DNA of 63,991 nucleotides, filler included, from an uncultured bacterium (GTDB lineage Bacteria; Hinthialibacterota; Hinthialibacteria; Hinthialibacterales; Hinthialibacteraceae): NCBI GenBank assembly GCA_964449065.1. It is 7 parts of 7 records of this genome, joined end to end, with 100 filler letters (N's around TTAATTAATTAA, not from the genome) between each part and the next. Parts side by side here need not be neighbours in the genome. Positions count along the whole stretch, not along the records: positions 28,246 to 37,509 come from CAYVAZ010000203.1; positions 37,610 to 46,782 come from CAYVAZ010000204.1; 5 more parts are not named here. The stretch is one strand, 5' to 3'. Below the pieces are notes generated by a model. That model was not told where the DNA came from and did not search any database. It was given only the letters and a program-made list of their open reading frames with translations. Shown here one piece after another: positions 30,275 to 40,773 of this stretch (its first letter is position 1; each line of letters opens with the position of its first letter). The position numbers were made by a program, and so were the translations under genes.

Positions 30275-32029
30275 GTGTATCAAATGCTTATTTGGTTTTC
30301 ATATCGTTTCTTATTGGTTCTCGTAAGTTCATTTATTTTCATGCAGGCGAATCATCCGTCCGTATGGTCACAAAATGATTCCGGTTCCCGTGGACGGTTT
30401 AATGTCGAGCCCGCGGAAGAATCGGAGATTATCGGGAAATCCAACAAATACGCAGTGATTGTCGGGGTCAATGAATACGGCGAATATGTCAGTGATTTAA
30501 GTGGATGTATAAACGACGCGAAAGCGTTGGCAAAAGCGTTTCAAGAAAAAGGATTTGAAGTCACTCTTCTAACCGACGATTCCGCAATCAAGCCGACAAA
30601 ACAAACAATCGAAAAAGCTGTTAATGAAATGTGCCAAAAGGCCAAACCGACCGATACCATCTTGTTTAGTTTTGCCGGGCACGGGGCCGTTTCTCCTGAT
30701 TCCCTGAAAAAAAGCGGCCAACTTCCGGAGGGATATCTGCTGCCGCGCAATTTTAGTAACACATCCAGTTTTGAAGATGAGGGCGTGCCGATTCAATACA
30801 TCAAAGAACAGTTCTATTCGGCCAAGGCGCAATTCCGGCTGATGTTTATGGATGCGTGCCAATCCGGCAGTCAGTTAATTATTCTTCCCGGCCGCAATGA
30901 CGACGGAACCATGAGTGAAAATATGCTGGCGTCCATCCGGGGCGCGGATCAAGAAGAAAGTCAAGAACGGGGAATCTATATTTTTTCTTCCTGCCTGCAA
31001 AATCAATTGGCCTATGAAAGCAAAAGCATCAATCACGGTTATTTCACCAATTTTGTCGTCGAAGGCTTGGAGGGGAAAGCCGCGGATTATGAAGGCGAAG
31101 TATCTGTATACAGCTTGGTGGATTATGTAAGCAAGCATACCCAACAAACGGTCATGGAGGAAAAGAAAAAACGGCAAACACCACAGTTGCTATCGGAAGG
31201 GATTCGCATGGTTTTGGGGCAAGTTCCTCCCAGCCAGGTTCCGTACCCCAAACCAACCGATGTCGTCACCGTTACCGCGCTGGGGTATTCGTATTTATCC
31301 GACGGCGTTCTCGCGAAATACAACGCGATTCACGATGCGTATGCAACCGCTGTTTATCAGGTGTTATCCGAAGTCAACAATGAAGTGGAAAACTATCCGA
31401 AATCCCTGGACTATGTCTTAAACCGGGCGAGTCAATTTATCATCAACAAACGGTCGGAAAATAAAATCACCTCCACGCAAACCGTTGATGACCAATATTA
31501 TGAAGTGGAAATTCAAGCCGAAGTGGATAAGAAACATTTGCTATCTGTAGCGGCACAGCAAGGGCTAATCCCATACGATGTCATGAGAGAGCACGATTTA
31601 ATTCATGAAATCAAAGCGGGGCTGTACATTCCAGAATCCTCACGCCAACCCGAATATGACGAACGCCTGCGGGAAAACATATCCGCTATATTTGATCGAC
31701 TTAAAATCCCTTTTGTCCGCAATTTACATGATCCGGTACAGGATGCGCAAGCTAAAGACTGCAATCTCATTATTGAAACCACCTATAAATTAGAAGCCAT
31801 CGCAAAACGGGGGAAACTATTTCAAAGTTCATTGACAATGGGCATTAAGTCCTTTCCGGCATCCAGCCAAAGCGTTTCAAACCGCGAGTGGATCGCCTCA
31901 ATGGACACGGAAACCGTGACCGGATTGGGAATTTCACAAGGAGAAGCGGACGACGAAGCCTTCAACAAAATGAGCGATTCCGTGGAATCGTTTGTGAATC
32001 AGACCATCCATAACCTTATGCAGCAATAG
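30275..32029 (+). CDS. Exported caspase family (C14) protease with C-terminal FlgT-N/LPP20-like region
   Basis: Signal peptide; YAVIVGVNEY, LSGCINDA, FAGHG, MDACQSG, HGYFT, QTP; then VTVTALG..AKYNAIHDAY..YEVEIQAEVD. Confidence 0.88.
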   Translation: MYQMLIWFSYRFLLVLVSSFIFMQANHPSVWSQNDSGSRGRFNVEPAEESEIIGKSNKYAVIVGVNEYGEYVSDLSGCINDAKALAKAFQEKGFEVTLLTDDSAIKPTKQTIEKAVNEMCQKAKPTDTILFSFAGHGAVSPDSLKKSGQLPEGYLLPRNFSNTSSFEDEGVPIQYIKEQFYSAKAQFRLMFMDACQSGSQLIILPGRNDDGTMSENMLASIRGADQEESQERGIYIFSSCLQNQLAYESKSINHGYFTNFVVEGLEGKAADYEGEVSVYSLVDYVSKHTQQTVMEEKKKRQTPQLLSEGIRMVLGQVPPSQVPYPKPTDVVTVTALGYSYLSDGVLAKYNAIHDAYATAVYQVLSEVNNEVENYPKSLDYVLNRASQFIINKRSENKITSTQTVDDQYYEVEIQAEVDKKHLLSVAAQQGLIPYDVMREHDLIHEIKAGLYIPESSRQPEYDERLRENISAIFDRLKIPFVRNLHDPVQDAQAKDCNLIIETTYKLEAIAKRGKLFQSSLTMGIKSFPASSQSVSNREWIASMDTETVTGLGISQGEADDEAFNKMSDSVESFVNQTIHNLMQQ

Positions 32030-32117
32030 ATATTGTGTGGTATTCAACGGCGGGGGATATTCAAACCGTTGCTTCTTTCATCGATAAATTCAATTCACTC
32101 TATTAAAAGGAATACCC

Positions 32118-34484
32118 ATGAAATATTTCTGTAAACCCATCGGCGTTTTGATTGCACTTCTTTTTTGTCTTTCATCATCCAACGCGCAAGTGGCATTGCG
32201 TTGGAATCCGGTCGTGACCGATACGATAGCAGAAACACCCTTTGTGGATTTAGCCCGTTTTCAAAACGCGGTCAAAGACATGCAGCCCGGCCTGGAATCC
32301 AGCATGTATAGCGGCAATACGTTTGCGCGGTTGGAAGAAGTCACTAACAAAGACGAATTGCTGCTCGCGTTTATCACGGTCAGCAATCTCAATCTACAGC
32401 AGTGGTCTTCAACAGAAAATTTATCGCATCTCGTCTTTTTTCGCATCGCGGCAAATCTTCAAATTGTGGACCCCGTATCCGGCCAAGTTGTCTTCTCGAT
32501 ATCGGATTATCTATTTCGTGAAGACTGGGATCACAACGGCAATCCAGCCTTGAATCGTGAATTCCAAGAGCTGATCATGTTTAAGAAAGAACGAGACAGC
32601 GGCGCCATCACGCAATTAAATTACAACCTACAAACAAAATCACGGGAAGAAGTGCCTGTAAACGCAACCGATGTGTTTGCCGATCTCCTGCGCTTGGGCG
32701 CGCAAGAAATGATTCAACAGGCAAAAAAACAATTTCAGCCTGCCCGAATCGAAGCCCAGGTCGCTTTCGCTCCCAAGTCATTGCCCGGACGCCGGCGCGT
32801 CCGCGGAACAAGCACGGAACCGTACGTTTTAAACAAAGGCAGACAAGACGGTCTATTTCCCGAAATGCTCTTGTATTCCCAGGATAAAAATACATTCCTC
32901 CGAGTAACCGAATCATACCCCACCTATTCCCTGGCCCTTATGGAATCGGGAGGAACGGTGCAACAGTGGGATTCGTTTCAATCGTTTAAGATGGATATGG
33001 GCACGCCGGACGCGCAAGCGTTGGCATCCGTAACCCGCGTGTTATTTACGGACAGCGTATTGCAGCACGAAGACACCCGATTTTTGCGGGAAAGTGAAAA
33101 CGCTCTTCAAAAGGAATTCGGAGAACGAAATTCGTCCACCCTCAACATTCCCGCGTATCACATCTCCTACGCCAGTTTGTTGAATAGCGCGGTGTTGCGA
33201 ACAGGTAACGTTCGCATGACGTATCCGTTAATCGGTTTGGTTGAGTTGGATAACGCCAAGATTGAAATGCAGGATTTACGCAATCAACTTGACTTTGACC
33301 GGTTTAGTTCCTATCTCCGGCCGGATTTTGGTTTGACAGCCATTGTTTCGAATTTATCCAAGCACACGATTGAAATTCCGGGAGGCCATCGAATTACATA
33401 CAGTCTATTGGTGAGTGTGCATTTGTATGATTTACGAACAGGCGAAATTGTGGCTTCCGGTACGTCACAAAAAAGCCGGCGCTACGACCGAATTGCGGCT
33501 ATGGGAATCACGGTGCAAGAATTGGATACACCGGCTGTCCTCATCAACCGCATCATTCGGGATGCGCTGCAAGACGCGTCCGCTCAATTGGGCGGTACGT
33601 ATCAACCCAAGACGGTTACGGCAAACGCTTCCTTTGTGAATGCTGCCGCCGTGGACTTGGAATTTCATGAAGAAGATGGTTTGTACATAGGCAAACGGCT
33701 GACCCTTTCTACACAATGGACCGAAGCAGCGATGTCCGAACAATCCGGAGCGAAACATCCCATTTACCGTCAACGGGGAGAATTGCTGTTAACCGGGCGC
33801 AAAGGTAAAGCTAAGAAATGGAACGCGTTGGTCAACTTTGCCAACTTAAAGCTGCCTGAAATCCAGTCTTCGTTTGTACCGTTATACGGCGTCAATCAAG
33901 TGGATACAAAGGCACCCAAATTATCACACGCCATTCGTTCTTTCATAACACAAACCGGTACGAATCTAAAACGGGCTGTTACCAATGATGACCTGTCGAT
34001 GCTGGTATTTGCCCAGCTTTCCCGTTATCCAAATCTTCCTCTTCACATTCCAAAAAGTATGCAGGAACAATTGTTAGAATTTAACGCGCAAAAATATGCT
34101 TACGAAGCCGTGTTTGAAGAGGTAGAAGAGTTCGCGGAAGATACGCAAAGCATTGAAATGCAAGCCGTTAATTCTCTTCTTAATTGGGACATGCGAGAAA
34201 ATCAAGAGTATCAAATTTTGATTCAAGTACCGTCGGCAATTGCCAGGCGGATTTCCAGTGATGATTACAAAACAAAGAAAAAATTAGATGTAAATATTCA
34301 GTTGCAAATCGCGTTATTGGATGAAAACCGTAAACCAATTTACGAACCGGTGGAACTGAAAGTAAAAACCAAACAATCCGTAAAATACAACTCCATTGAA
34401 GGAGACGATTTTGTTCGTCAAGTATTCTACGATTACATTCCCAAAGTGATGGATGTGTTTTGTACCAAAAAGATCAAAGGATAA
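32118..34484 (+). CDS. Large exported protein with CsgG/FlgT-like modules
   Basis: Signal peptide (SSSNA|Q); LQIVDPVSGQVV and VHLYDLRTGEIVASG (CsgG-like); VLNKGRQDGL (FlgT-C-like). Confidence 0.65.
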   Translation: MKYFCKPIGVLIALLFCLSSSNAQVALRWNPVVTDTIAETPFVDLARFQNAVKDMQPGLESSMYSGNTFARLEEVTNKDELLLAFITVSNLNLQQWSSTENLSHLVFFRIAANLQIVDPVSGQVVFSISDYLFREDWDHNGNPALNREFQELIMFKKERDSGAITQLNYNLQTKSREEVPVNATDVFADLLRLGAQEMIQQAKKQFQPARIEAQVAFAPKSLPGRRRVRGTSTEPYVLNKGRQDGLFPEMLLYSQDKNTFLRVTESYPTYSLALMESGGTVQQWDSFQSFKMDMGTPDAQALASVTRVLFTDSVLQHEDTRFLRESENALQKEFGERNSSTLNIPAYHISYASLLNSAVLRTGNVRMTYPLIGLVELDNAKIEMQDLRNQLDFDRFSSYLRPDFGLTAIVSNLSKHTIEIPGGHRITYSLLVSVHLYDLRTGEIVASGTSQKSRRYDRIAAMGITVQELDTPAVLINRIIRDALQDASAQLGGTYQPKTVTANASFVNAAAVDLEFHEEDGLYIGKRLTLSTQWTEAAMSEQSGAKHPIYRQRGELLLTGRKGKAKKWNALVNFANLKLPEIQSSFVPLYGVNQVDTKAPKLSHAIRSFITQTGTNLKRAVTNDDLSMLVFAQLSRYPNLPLHIPKSMQEQLLEFNAQKYAYEAVFEEVEEFAEDTQSIEMQAVNSLLNWDMRENQEYQILIQVPSAIARRISSDDYKTKKKLDVNIQLQIALLDENRKPIYEPVELKVKTKQSVKYNSIEGDDFVRQVFYDYIPKVMDVFCTKKIKG

Positions 34485-34594
34485 ATTTATATTTCAGGGT
34501 AAACAAAACGATGGATGCGCTTTTTTGCCAAAATACATCTTTGCCAAAGCACATCCATCTTATTCCAAATTGTTTTGCCGTCGCGCTGTAGACA

Positions 34595-35983
34595 TTATTC
34601 CACTATTTCGACGATGATTTTTCCCGCGGAATAACCGGATTGCTTGGTTTCTTCTACACCGAAACTTTTGGATACTTCATCCACTGTCACGCTTTTAAAT
34701 AAGGAATCGAATTCGAACTGTTCTCCTTTTTGATTCAGTATTGGTTTCGGGGTGATTACGGCGACGATCATGGATTTTCCGGTAGGCCGGTTTGCCGGAA
34801 GCCGAAATTCATTAGACACTGGAGGTAAGGTAACAACCATACCGCTTGGAACCCGGTTGTTGGAATCGTATTGATTCGGGAACAACATGGTATAGTCGGA
34901 GTCTTTATCAGTCATGTTGAGTATATAAAGATAACCCGGTCGGGGGGACGTTAAACGAATGTTAAGTTCCTCTCCCAAACGAAATTGGACCTGATTAGCC
35001 TCGAGTGTAATGTTGTCGGCGGCTTGTGCCACGACGTTCTCTAATTTCTGCCAAGCGGACGATTCCGACCGGTTGGTTAACACCATTCCCCGTTGAATCA
35101 AATGGTTATGACCTGAAAGATTGGGTGTATGATGCATCGTAGGATTGGAAAGATTTTGACGAATATATTGCTCGCTTGTTTCTACCAAATCTATAAGAGA
35201 TTTGGTATCTGCTCCTTCACGAATTGCTTTCTGAATACCGTGCAATAAGCCTCGGGTAAAAAAACCGCCTTCAGGATTCCCAACGGCGGATTCATCATCT
35301 TGGCATGCCGATAGTACCGCGTACATTTTCCCCGACCGCTGTTGAGGTATATCTTTACTTTGAGATGTGTTTAAGCCGCGCTGTTGTAATAATTGGCTTA
35401 ATTGATTTGTTGATATGTCTGCATTCACGGGTGGAATGTATCGGGTTTGAATGCCATCCGACTCCAAACTTTTATACATCGTTCCACTGTGACAAGAATC
35501 GATGATAATATAGGTTTCTTTTGCTTGGATTTTGTTTAGCATTATACTTATGATATCATCCGTAATCGCTCCATACAGCATATTATCTTTTACCTCATAC
35601 CAGTTATATAAACAAAGAGTTTCGTCTTTTTTATCATCCGTTTCATCTCCATTTGTATCCGGAATTTGAGACCCGTGACCGGAAAAGTAGAAATACGCTT
35701 TCTCTCCAGGATTATCCATTAACCAAATCATGCCATCCACAACATTTTTATCGGTGACTTGGCTGTCTTGCAGAATTGTTATATCGCTTGGCTTCAAGCC
35801 CAATTGCTGCAACAGTTTCTGCATATTTTCCACATCCTTCTCGACACCGTTCAGATCGGTTACCGAATCGGATTGATAATCCCGTACACCAATCAATAAC
35901 GCTTTATCTGCCTGGACGGATACCATACCAATAAACACAACTCCCATAATCATACATAGTTGTAAAAGCGGTTTTTGAATCAT
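34595..35983 (-). CDS. Exported caspase family (C14) + DUF4384 protein
   Basis: Signal peptide (VQA|DKALLIGV); FSGHGSQ / IIDSCHSG; FRLGEEL..PGYLYILNM..MLFPN; paralog of 28246. Confidence 0.9.
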   Translation of the reverse strand: MIQKPLLQLCMIMGVVFIGMVSVQADKALLIGVRDYQSDSVTDLNGVEKDVENMQKLLQQLGLKPSDITILQDSQVTDKNVVDGMIWLMDNPGEKAYFYFSGHGSQIPDTNGDETDDKKDETLCLYNWYEVKDNMLYGAITDDIISIMLNKIQAKETYIIIDSCHSGTMYKSLESDGIQTRYIPPVNADISTNQLSQLLQQRGLNTSQSKDIPQQRSGKMYAVLSACQDDESAVGNPEGGFFTRGLLHGIQKAIREGADTKSLIDLVETSEQYIRQNLSNPTMHHTPNLSGHNHLIQRGMVLTNRSESSAWQKLENVVAQAADNITLEANQVQFRLGEELNIRLTSPRPGYLYILNMTDKDSDYTMLFPNQYDSNNRVPSGMVVTLPPVSNEFRLPANRPTGKSMIVAVITPKPILNQKGEQFEFDSLFKSVTVDEVSKSFGVEETKQSGYSAGKIIVEIVE

Positions 35984-35987
35984 TTGT

Positions 35988-37509
35988 TTACTCCTCTATA
36001 TTAGTATTTTGGTTTGACATTTGAGATAGCAACAAGTTCCATACCCGGTCAAAATTCATATTCCGGCTTTGCCTTTCATTTTTTGCCACACGAATTTGGA
36101 TTCCAACTTTATTCGCAAACAACCCTTTTGATGGTGCGATAAAGTAATCGTTTTCTAACGAGCCATAGAGTTGCGTTTGGGTGGCATTGTGAATGCCCCG
36201 CAGCCCCAGTCCGGAATATTTGAATTCTCTGGAATACAGTTCCTTCATTTTCCCTTCATATTCTCCCATCGAGGTTTGACTCAATTCAATCAATTTTTGC
36301 AATGTCTCTCCGCTAATAATTTGTTCTTTCTCATCTGTGCTTTCCAGCCGCAAGTCAAACGCAACTGGTTTCGGCAATTCTTGTGAACCCGGATACGGAA
36401 AACGAATTCTCAATCCATTGATATATCCATTCATTGTTCCGGTCAGTTTTCCATAATTGTAAACACGGGTGAGTTCTTCCAAATCAATACCGTTTAACTT
36501 GACATCCATTCCCATGATTCTTGAATCCGGCTCGTAGAATACATTTTCTATGGACAATTGCCCTGAGAAGGCATTCCACGTTACCCTGCCCTGCAGCGAA
36601 AACTGTTCTCCGATCCAAATCAATTCCGTCGCATCCAACGATATCGTTCCCACATCCCCCACATAAGGAACAATTTCATTGACTTTCTTCATTTCCATAT
36701 TCCGTATTTTGATATCGCCGCGAACAACCGGATATCCGCCTTTCCACTCTTGAAATTCAAGATCGTGAACCCGCAATTCGCCCCCCAGACAAGGGATATT
36801 TAGGGCATAAGGCAGACGAATCGCTTCGTCATAGAACTCAACAATAGAATCCACATTGGAATAAAAATTCTCGTCCCACATCACCATATCCGATTGAAAT
36901 TTCACGGTAGGATGAGGAAACCCGCTTACCATAAGCGGGTACGCGAATGGAACAGTAATCGTTGCATCTTGTATTCCCAAAGCCGGGGCTTCATCCCGGC
37001 GCCAGGAATCAATTCGAAGAACCGTTTCTCCTTGGAACGTCGTCAGGCCTTTTGCCCATCCGCTGGAACGCCCTTTCACAGGAGGAAGTAAACCAATATC
37101 AATTGGCGAATAATTTTTTACCATCGGCAATGCAATTTCCTGCATGTCAATGTTATTCCATGTTAAATCGATCCCATCTGAAACATTGTATGTACCGGCA
37201 ATTCGGCCTTCTTCCGGCAATTGGACATGATAGGAATAATGGCTCAGAGGATCCTTGCTATGAATTTCGGCTTGAAATCCTTCTACCGGCAAGTCCAAAA
37301 CATACCACATATACTCACCATACGTTGTGGCCGCTTGAATGGTTGATGAAACTTGATTCCAGTCTTGAATCGTGATGGTTCCGGATACATCATCACTTTC
37401 AATGCCCATATAAGGATCAGAATCCACATAACGTAACGACACCCGGTCGCTTTTAAAACCGGCCGTTACTTGCTCTAAATTTCCTTGTATGTCAAATTCA
37501 AGATCCCCC
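35988..37509 (-). CDS. Beta-rich envelope protein (YdbH/AsmA-like C-terminus), 5' partial
   Basis: Frame open to the contig end; IDLEELTRVYNYGKLTGTMNGYINGL and FKYSGLGL beta-strand patterns; stop 4 nt before the caspase start. Confidence 0.55.
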
Positions 37510-37609
37510 NNNNNNNNNNNNNNNNNNNNNNNNNNNNNNNNNNNNNNNNNNNNTTAATTAATTAANNNNNNNNNNNNNNNNNNNNNNNNNNNNNNNNNNN
37601 NNNNNNNNN
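37510..37609. other. Artificial contig linker
   Basis: N44-TTAATTAATTAA-N44. Confidence 0.97.
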
Positions 37610-39183
37610 TTGCGTTTGCCGAATAGGTATTTCGCGGCTTCTTTGTAATGCGTTATGGCATCAGAATGCTTGCCTTCCTCTTCCAAAAGTTTTGCCAGGT
37701 TGTAGTGTGCTGTGCCGTAGCGGGGATCGATTTCCAACGCGTTTTGATAGTGCCGCTTTGCCGCTTCCGTATCGCCTTCTTCCTTTTTGGCGAGCCCCAT
37801 GTTGAGCCAGACTTCTTTGTATTGGGGGTCAAGTTCCAGCGCCTTTTGCCATTGCTGATGAGCCTCGTCGAGTTGCCCATGATCCCAATAATAATTGCCC
37901 AGATTAAAGTAGGCCGAAGGTTTGTTGGGGTAGATTTCCATCACCGAGTTCCACAGGCTTTGTTCGTCATGCCAATCCAAACTTCGGTCTACTGTGCGTA
38001 GGGATAATCCAATCAAGATTAAGGCAATCATTACCGGAAAAAGTTTTTGAGTGGATTGCGAGGCAAGATTGGAAATGCTTGCGCACACGTTTTGAATGAT
38101 GATCACAATAAACAAACAAAAACCAACGCATGGGATGTATAAATACCGGTCAGCCATCAAATACCCAATGGGCAGGATGCCGGATAGGGGAAACCATGTA
38201 ATAACAAACCATAGCACCCCGAATAGCAACGCGGGGGATGAATAAAGATTGCGAAAGGAAATTAGTGTCAGGATTATCAGCCATAGCAAACCGCTTATCC
38301 AGCGCCAATCCATCAAACCAACGACCGGCTCTACTTCACGGTCGATAATCAAATCATAAGGGAACAACAACAACTGCCACGATTTGAGGAAGGTCATGAA
38401 CGGTGTCAGTATGGCGGAAAGCGTAGTATACTTCACATCCACCGCGGAGGGATCATAAAACGTTCCCCGCTCCTCTACAATCCCCAAAACCTCGAAGATG
38501 TTGAAATAAAAAAAGAGCGAAGCGAGTGAGATTAAGATGAATGGCAATACCCGCATAACATCGCGTTTCCATTCACTCCAATGCCTGTCTTGAATACGGA
38601 ACCACAACACGCATAGGATCATTAAACCCGGAAGCATGATGGCCACTTGTTTGGATAACAGCGCCAAAATGAACGCGGCACAGGCCCCGATGTATTTCCA
38701 GCACATTGCAAATGTGTTATAGGCCTGCACAAACCAAATCAGCGCCAACAATTCAAAAAACAGACAAAGCAGCTCTTTGCGGCCGGATACCCAGGCAACC
38801 GCTTCGGTGTTGATGGGATGCACCGCGAATACCAACGCGCACCAAAAGGCTGTTTGTTTGTCTATCCGCAAGGATACCAGCAATACGGCAATCATCCAGC
38901 AGTTCGCGCTATGCCAGATCAGGTTTTGCAGATGATATCCAAATGGATGAAAGCCCCAAAGCAGATGATCCAACTTGTAGGTAAATTCCCGCAATGGGCG
39001 GTCCCAAAACAGCACCTCCCATGCCGGTACATCGCCGTGCAAGAAGGGGTTGTTCAGCACCGTGATGGCGACATCGTCATAGACAAAGCCGGCTTGCAGC
39101 GTGTACGCGTATACCAGCAGCGGGATAAAAACGATGAGTGCCATCTGCCAAGTGGGCAGCGGTTTCCAAGCGTTGGTATTCAT
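37610..39183 (-). CDS. TMTC-like GT-C membrane glycosyltransferase with C-terminal TPRs, 3' partial
   Basis: FVYDD, RPL, FAVHPINTEAVAWVSGRKELL, LLSKQ, ADRYLYIP, W-DE-SLW; TPR repeats. Confidence 0.88.
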
Positions 39184-39192
39184 AGCTACAGT

Positions 39193-40659
39193 TTAATTCG
39201 TTGCGGCGGTATTGCTTAGGATGCCGGGACTCGCGCTCTGCACGGTTCCGGTTGCCGATTGTGGATTGGTAAAGCGCTCCAGCACCGAACTGGGAATAGC
39301 GGGCGGGGGTGGCGCAGAACCCGATTCTCCCTGCAAGATGGGCTGCGGCCTGGATAACCGTGGTCCGGCATCATCCAATAAACCCACATTATCGCTATCG
39401 CGTGCCGGGAGGTCTTCGGATGACACCACCGGTGTGGGCGTTGGGGTTGGTATCAGCCAGCGGCGGTTTAGCAAGCTGCCGCCCGGTACTTCCAGCACCG
39501 GCAGCAAGACGGGAGTGGGGGACGGTGTTGGCGTTTGCCGCGGCGTGGGTGTAAAAATGATCACCGGTTGTTTTTGCTGCTGCTCTTGCAGGGCGGTTTG
39601 CTGCTGCGCTTGTTCCTCTTCGGCTTTTTCTTGTTGCTGACGCACCCAGGTATCATAATTTTGCATACGCTGTTGGATGGATTGCGCCAGTTCCTGCATG
39701 TGGGCTTCTTCTTGCGGCGAGACTTCTCCTTGATCGTTGGTGCGCTGCCAAAGCCGTTCTTTCTTCTTATAGTCGCGCTCGGGTTTATAGCCTATCAACA
39801 TCGACTTAAGTTCGCCGGTTTCTTCTTGCAGCGGATCAACGATTTCTTGCGGTTCGTCATGCGCGTTTAAAAACGCCTCCGCTTGGTCAACGATTTGTTG
39901 ATAGAGTTCCCTCTCCTGTTCGATTCGTTCTTTCAGCGAATCTTGCCGGCGCATTTCTTCTTCTAACCGTGAGGCCAATTCCGCTTCCCGTGCTTGGTTG
40001 ATGGAGTTGGCGGCTTGTTGAAAGGCCGCGCCGATGTTATCCGCGATGTCAACCAACGCGTCTTTTTCCGCCTTGAGATAAACGGCGCGCTCGCCGAACC
40101 AGGGGACATCCTCTAAATAGCGGTTGTTGTATAAAGGCCGGCCGAAATCCAGTTCAAACGCACCGACTTTCATGCCGATCAACAGGCGTTTTTCGTCGCC
40201 TTTCCACACTTGGTTATAGTGGGTGCGTTCCATCAAGATGACGACATCCACATTCAAAAAAGGAACCCCGTCGAACAAGGTTTGGGGATTGATCGTGCCC
40301 TGCTGTTCCCATTCATCCATTAATTGTGCAAGGATATTTTCGACCACTTGTCTGCGGGTGGGGTCATTAAACGAGTTTAGGGTGAATACATGTTCGCAAA
40401 AATAGCCGAGATATGCAGACATTTGGTCGTGCAGCCGCGCATCGACAGAACGGTTTTCCCTCTCTTGTGGTGGGAGATAAAACAACGCGCGGATGCCCCG
40501 CTGCTGCTGCTGTTCTGGATCCCAAAAAGTGATGGGGCCGTATTTTGGATCAGGGGGATCGGTATCCTTGCCGAAAAGGCCGCCGAAATTGAACTGGGCG
40601 GCAGCCGGCAAGCAGGCGATAAGCAAGACAACCAAAAGTGAGTTGATTTTCACAAGCAT
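39193..40659 (-). CDS. Secreted hypothetical protein with coiled coil and Pro/Thr-rich tail
   Basis: Signal peptide (LPAAA|Q); Q-rich helix; TPTPRQTPTPSPTP. Confidence 0.75.
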   Translation of the reverse strand: MLVKINSLLVVLLIACLPAAAQFNFGGLFGKDTDPPDPKYGPITFWDPEQQQQRGIRALFYLPPQERENRSVDARLHDQMSAYLGYFCEHVFTLNSFNDPTRRQVVENILAQLMDEWEQQGTINPQTLFDGVPFLNVDVVILMERTHYNQVWKGDEKRLLIGMKVGAFELDFGRPLYNNRYLEDVPWFGERAVYLKAEKDALVDIADNIGAAFQQAANSINQAREAELASRLEEEMRRQDSLKERIEQERELYQQIVDQAEAFLNAHDEPQEIVDPLQEETGELKSMLIGYKPERDYKKKERLWQRTNDQGEVSPQEEAHMQELAQSIQQRMQNYDTWVRQQQEKAEEEQAQQQTALQEQQQKQPVIIFTPTPRQTPTPSPTPVLLPVLEVPGGSLLNRRWLIPTPTPTPVVSSEDLPARDSDNVGLLDDAGPRLSRPQPILQGESGSAPPPPAIPSSVLERFTNPQSATGTVQSASPGILSNTAATN

Positions 40660-40723
40660 GATAATCCTCAACCAAAACAGTATCGTCTTATTATAGCCGC
40701 TTCTTGAATAGCGGCACAAAAGA

Positions 40724-40751
40724 AAAAGGGATGCCGTTTGACACCCCTTTT
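40724..40751 (-). terminator. Probable intrinsic terminator after the 40774 gene
   Basis: AAAAGGG(A)TG...CACCCCTTTT hairpin with A/T tracts on both sides. Confidence 0.5.
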
Positions 40752-40773
40752 CGAAGCCGTTGGTTTTGACGGC

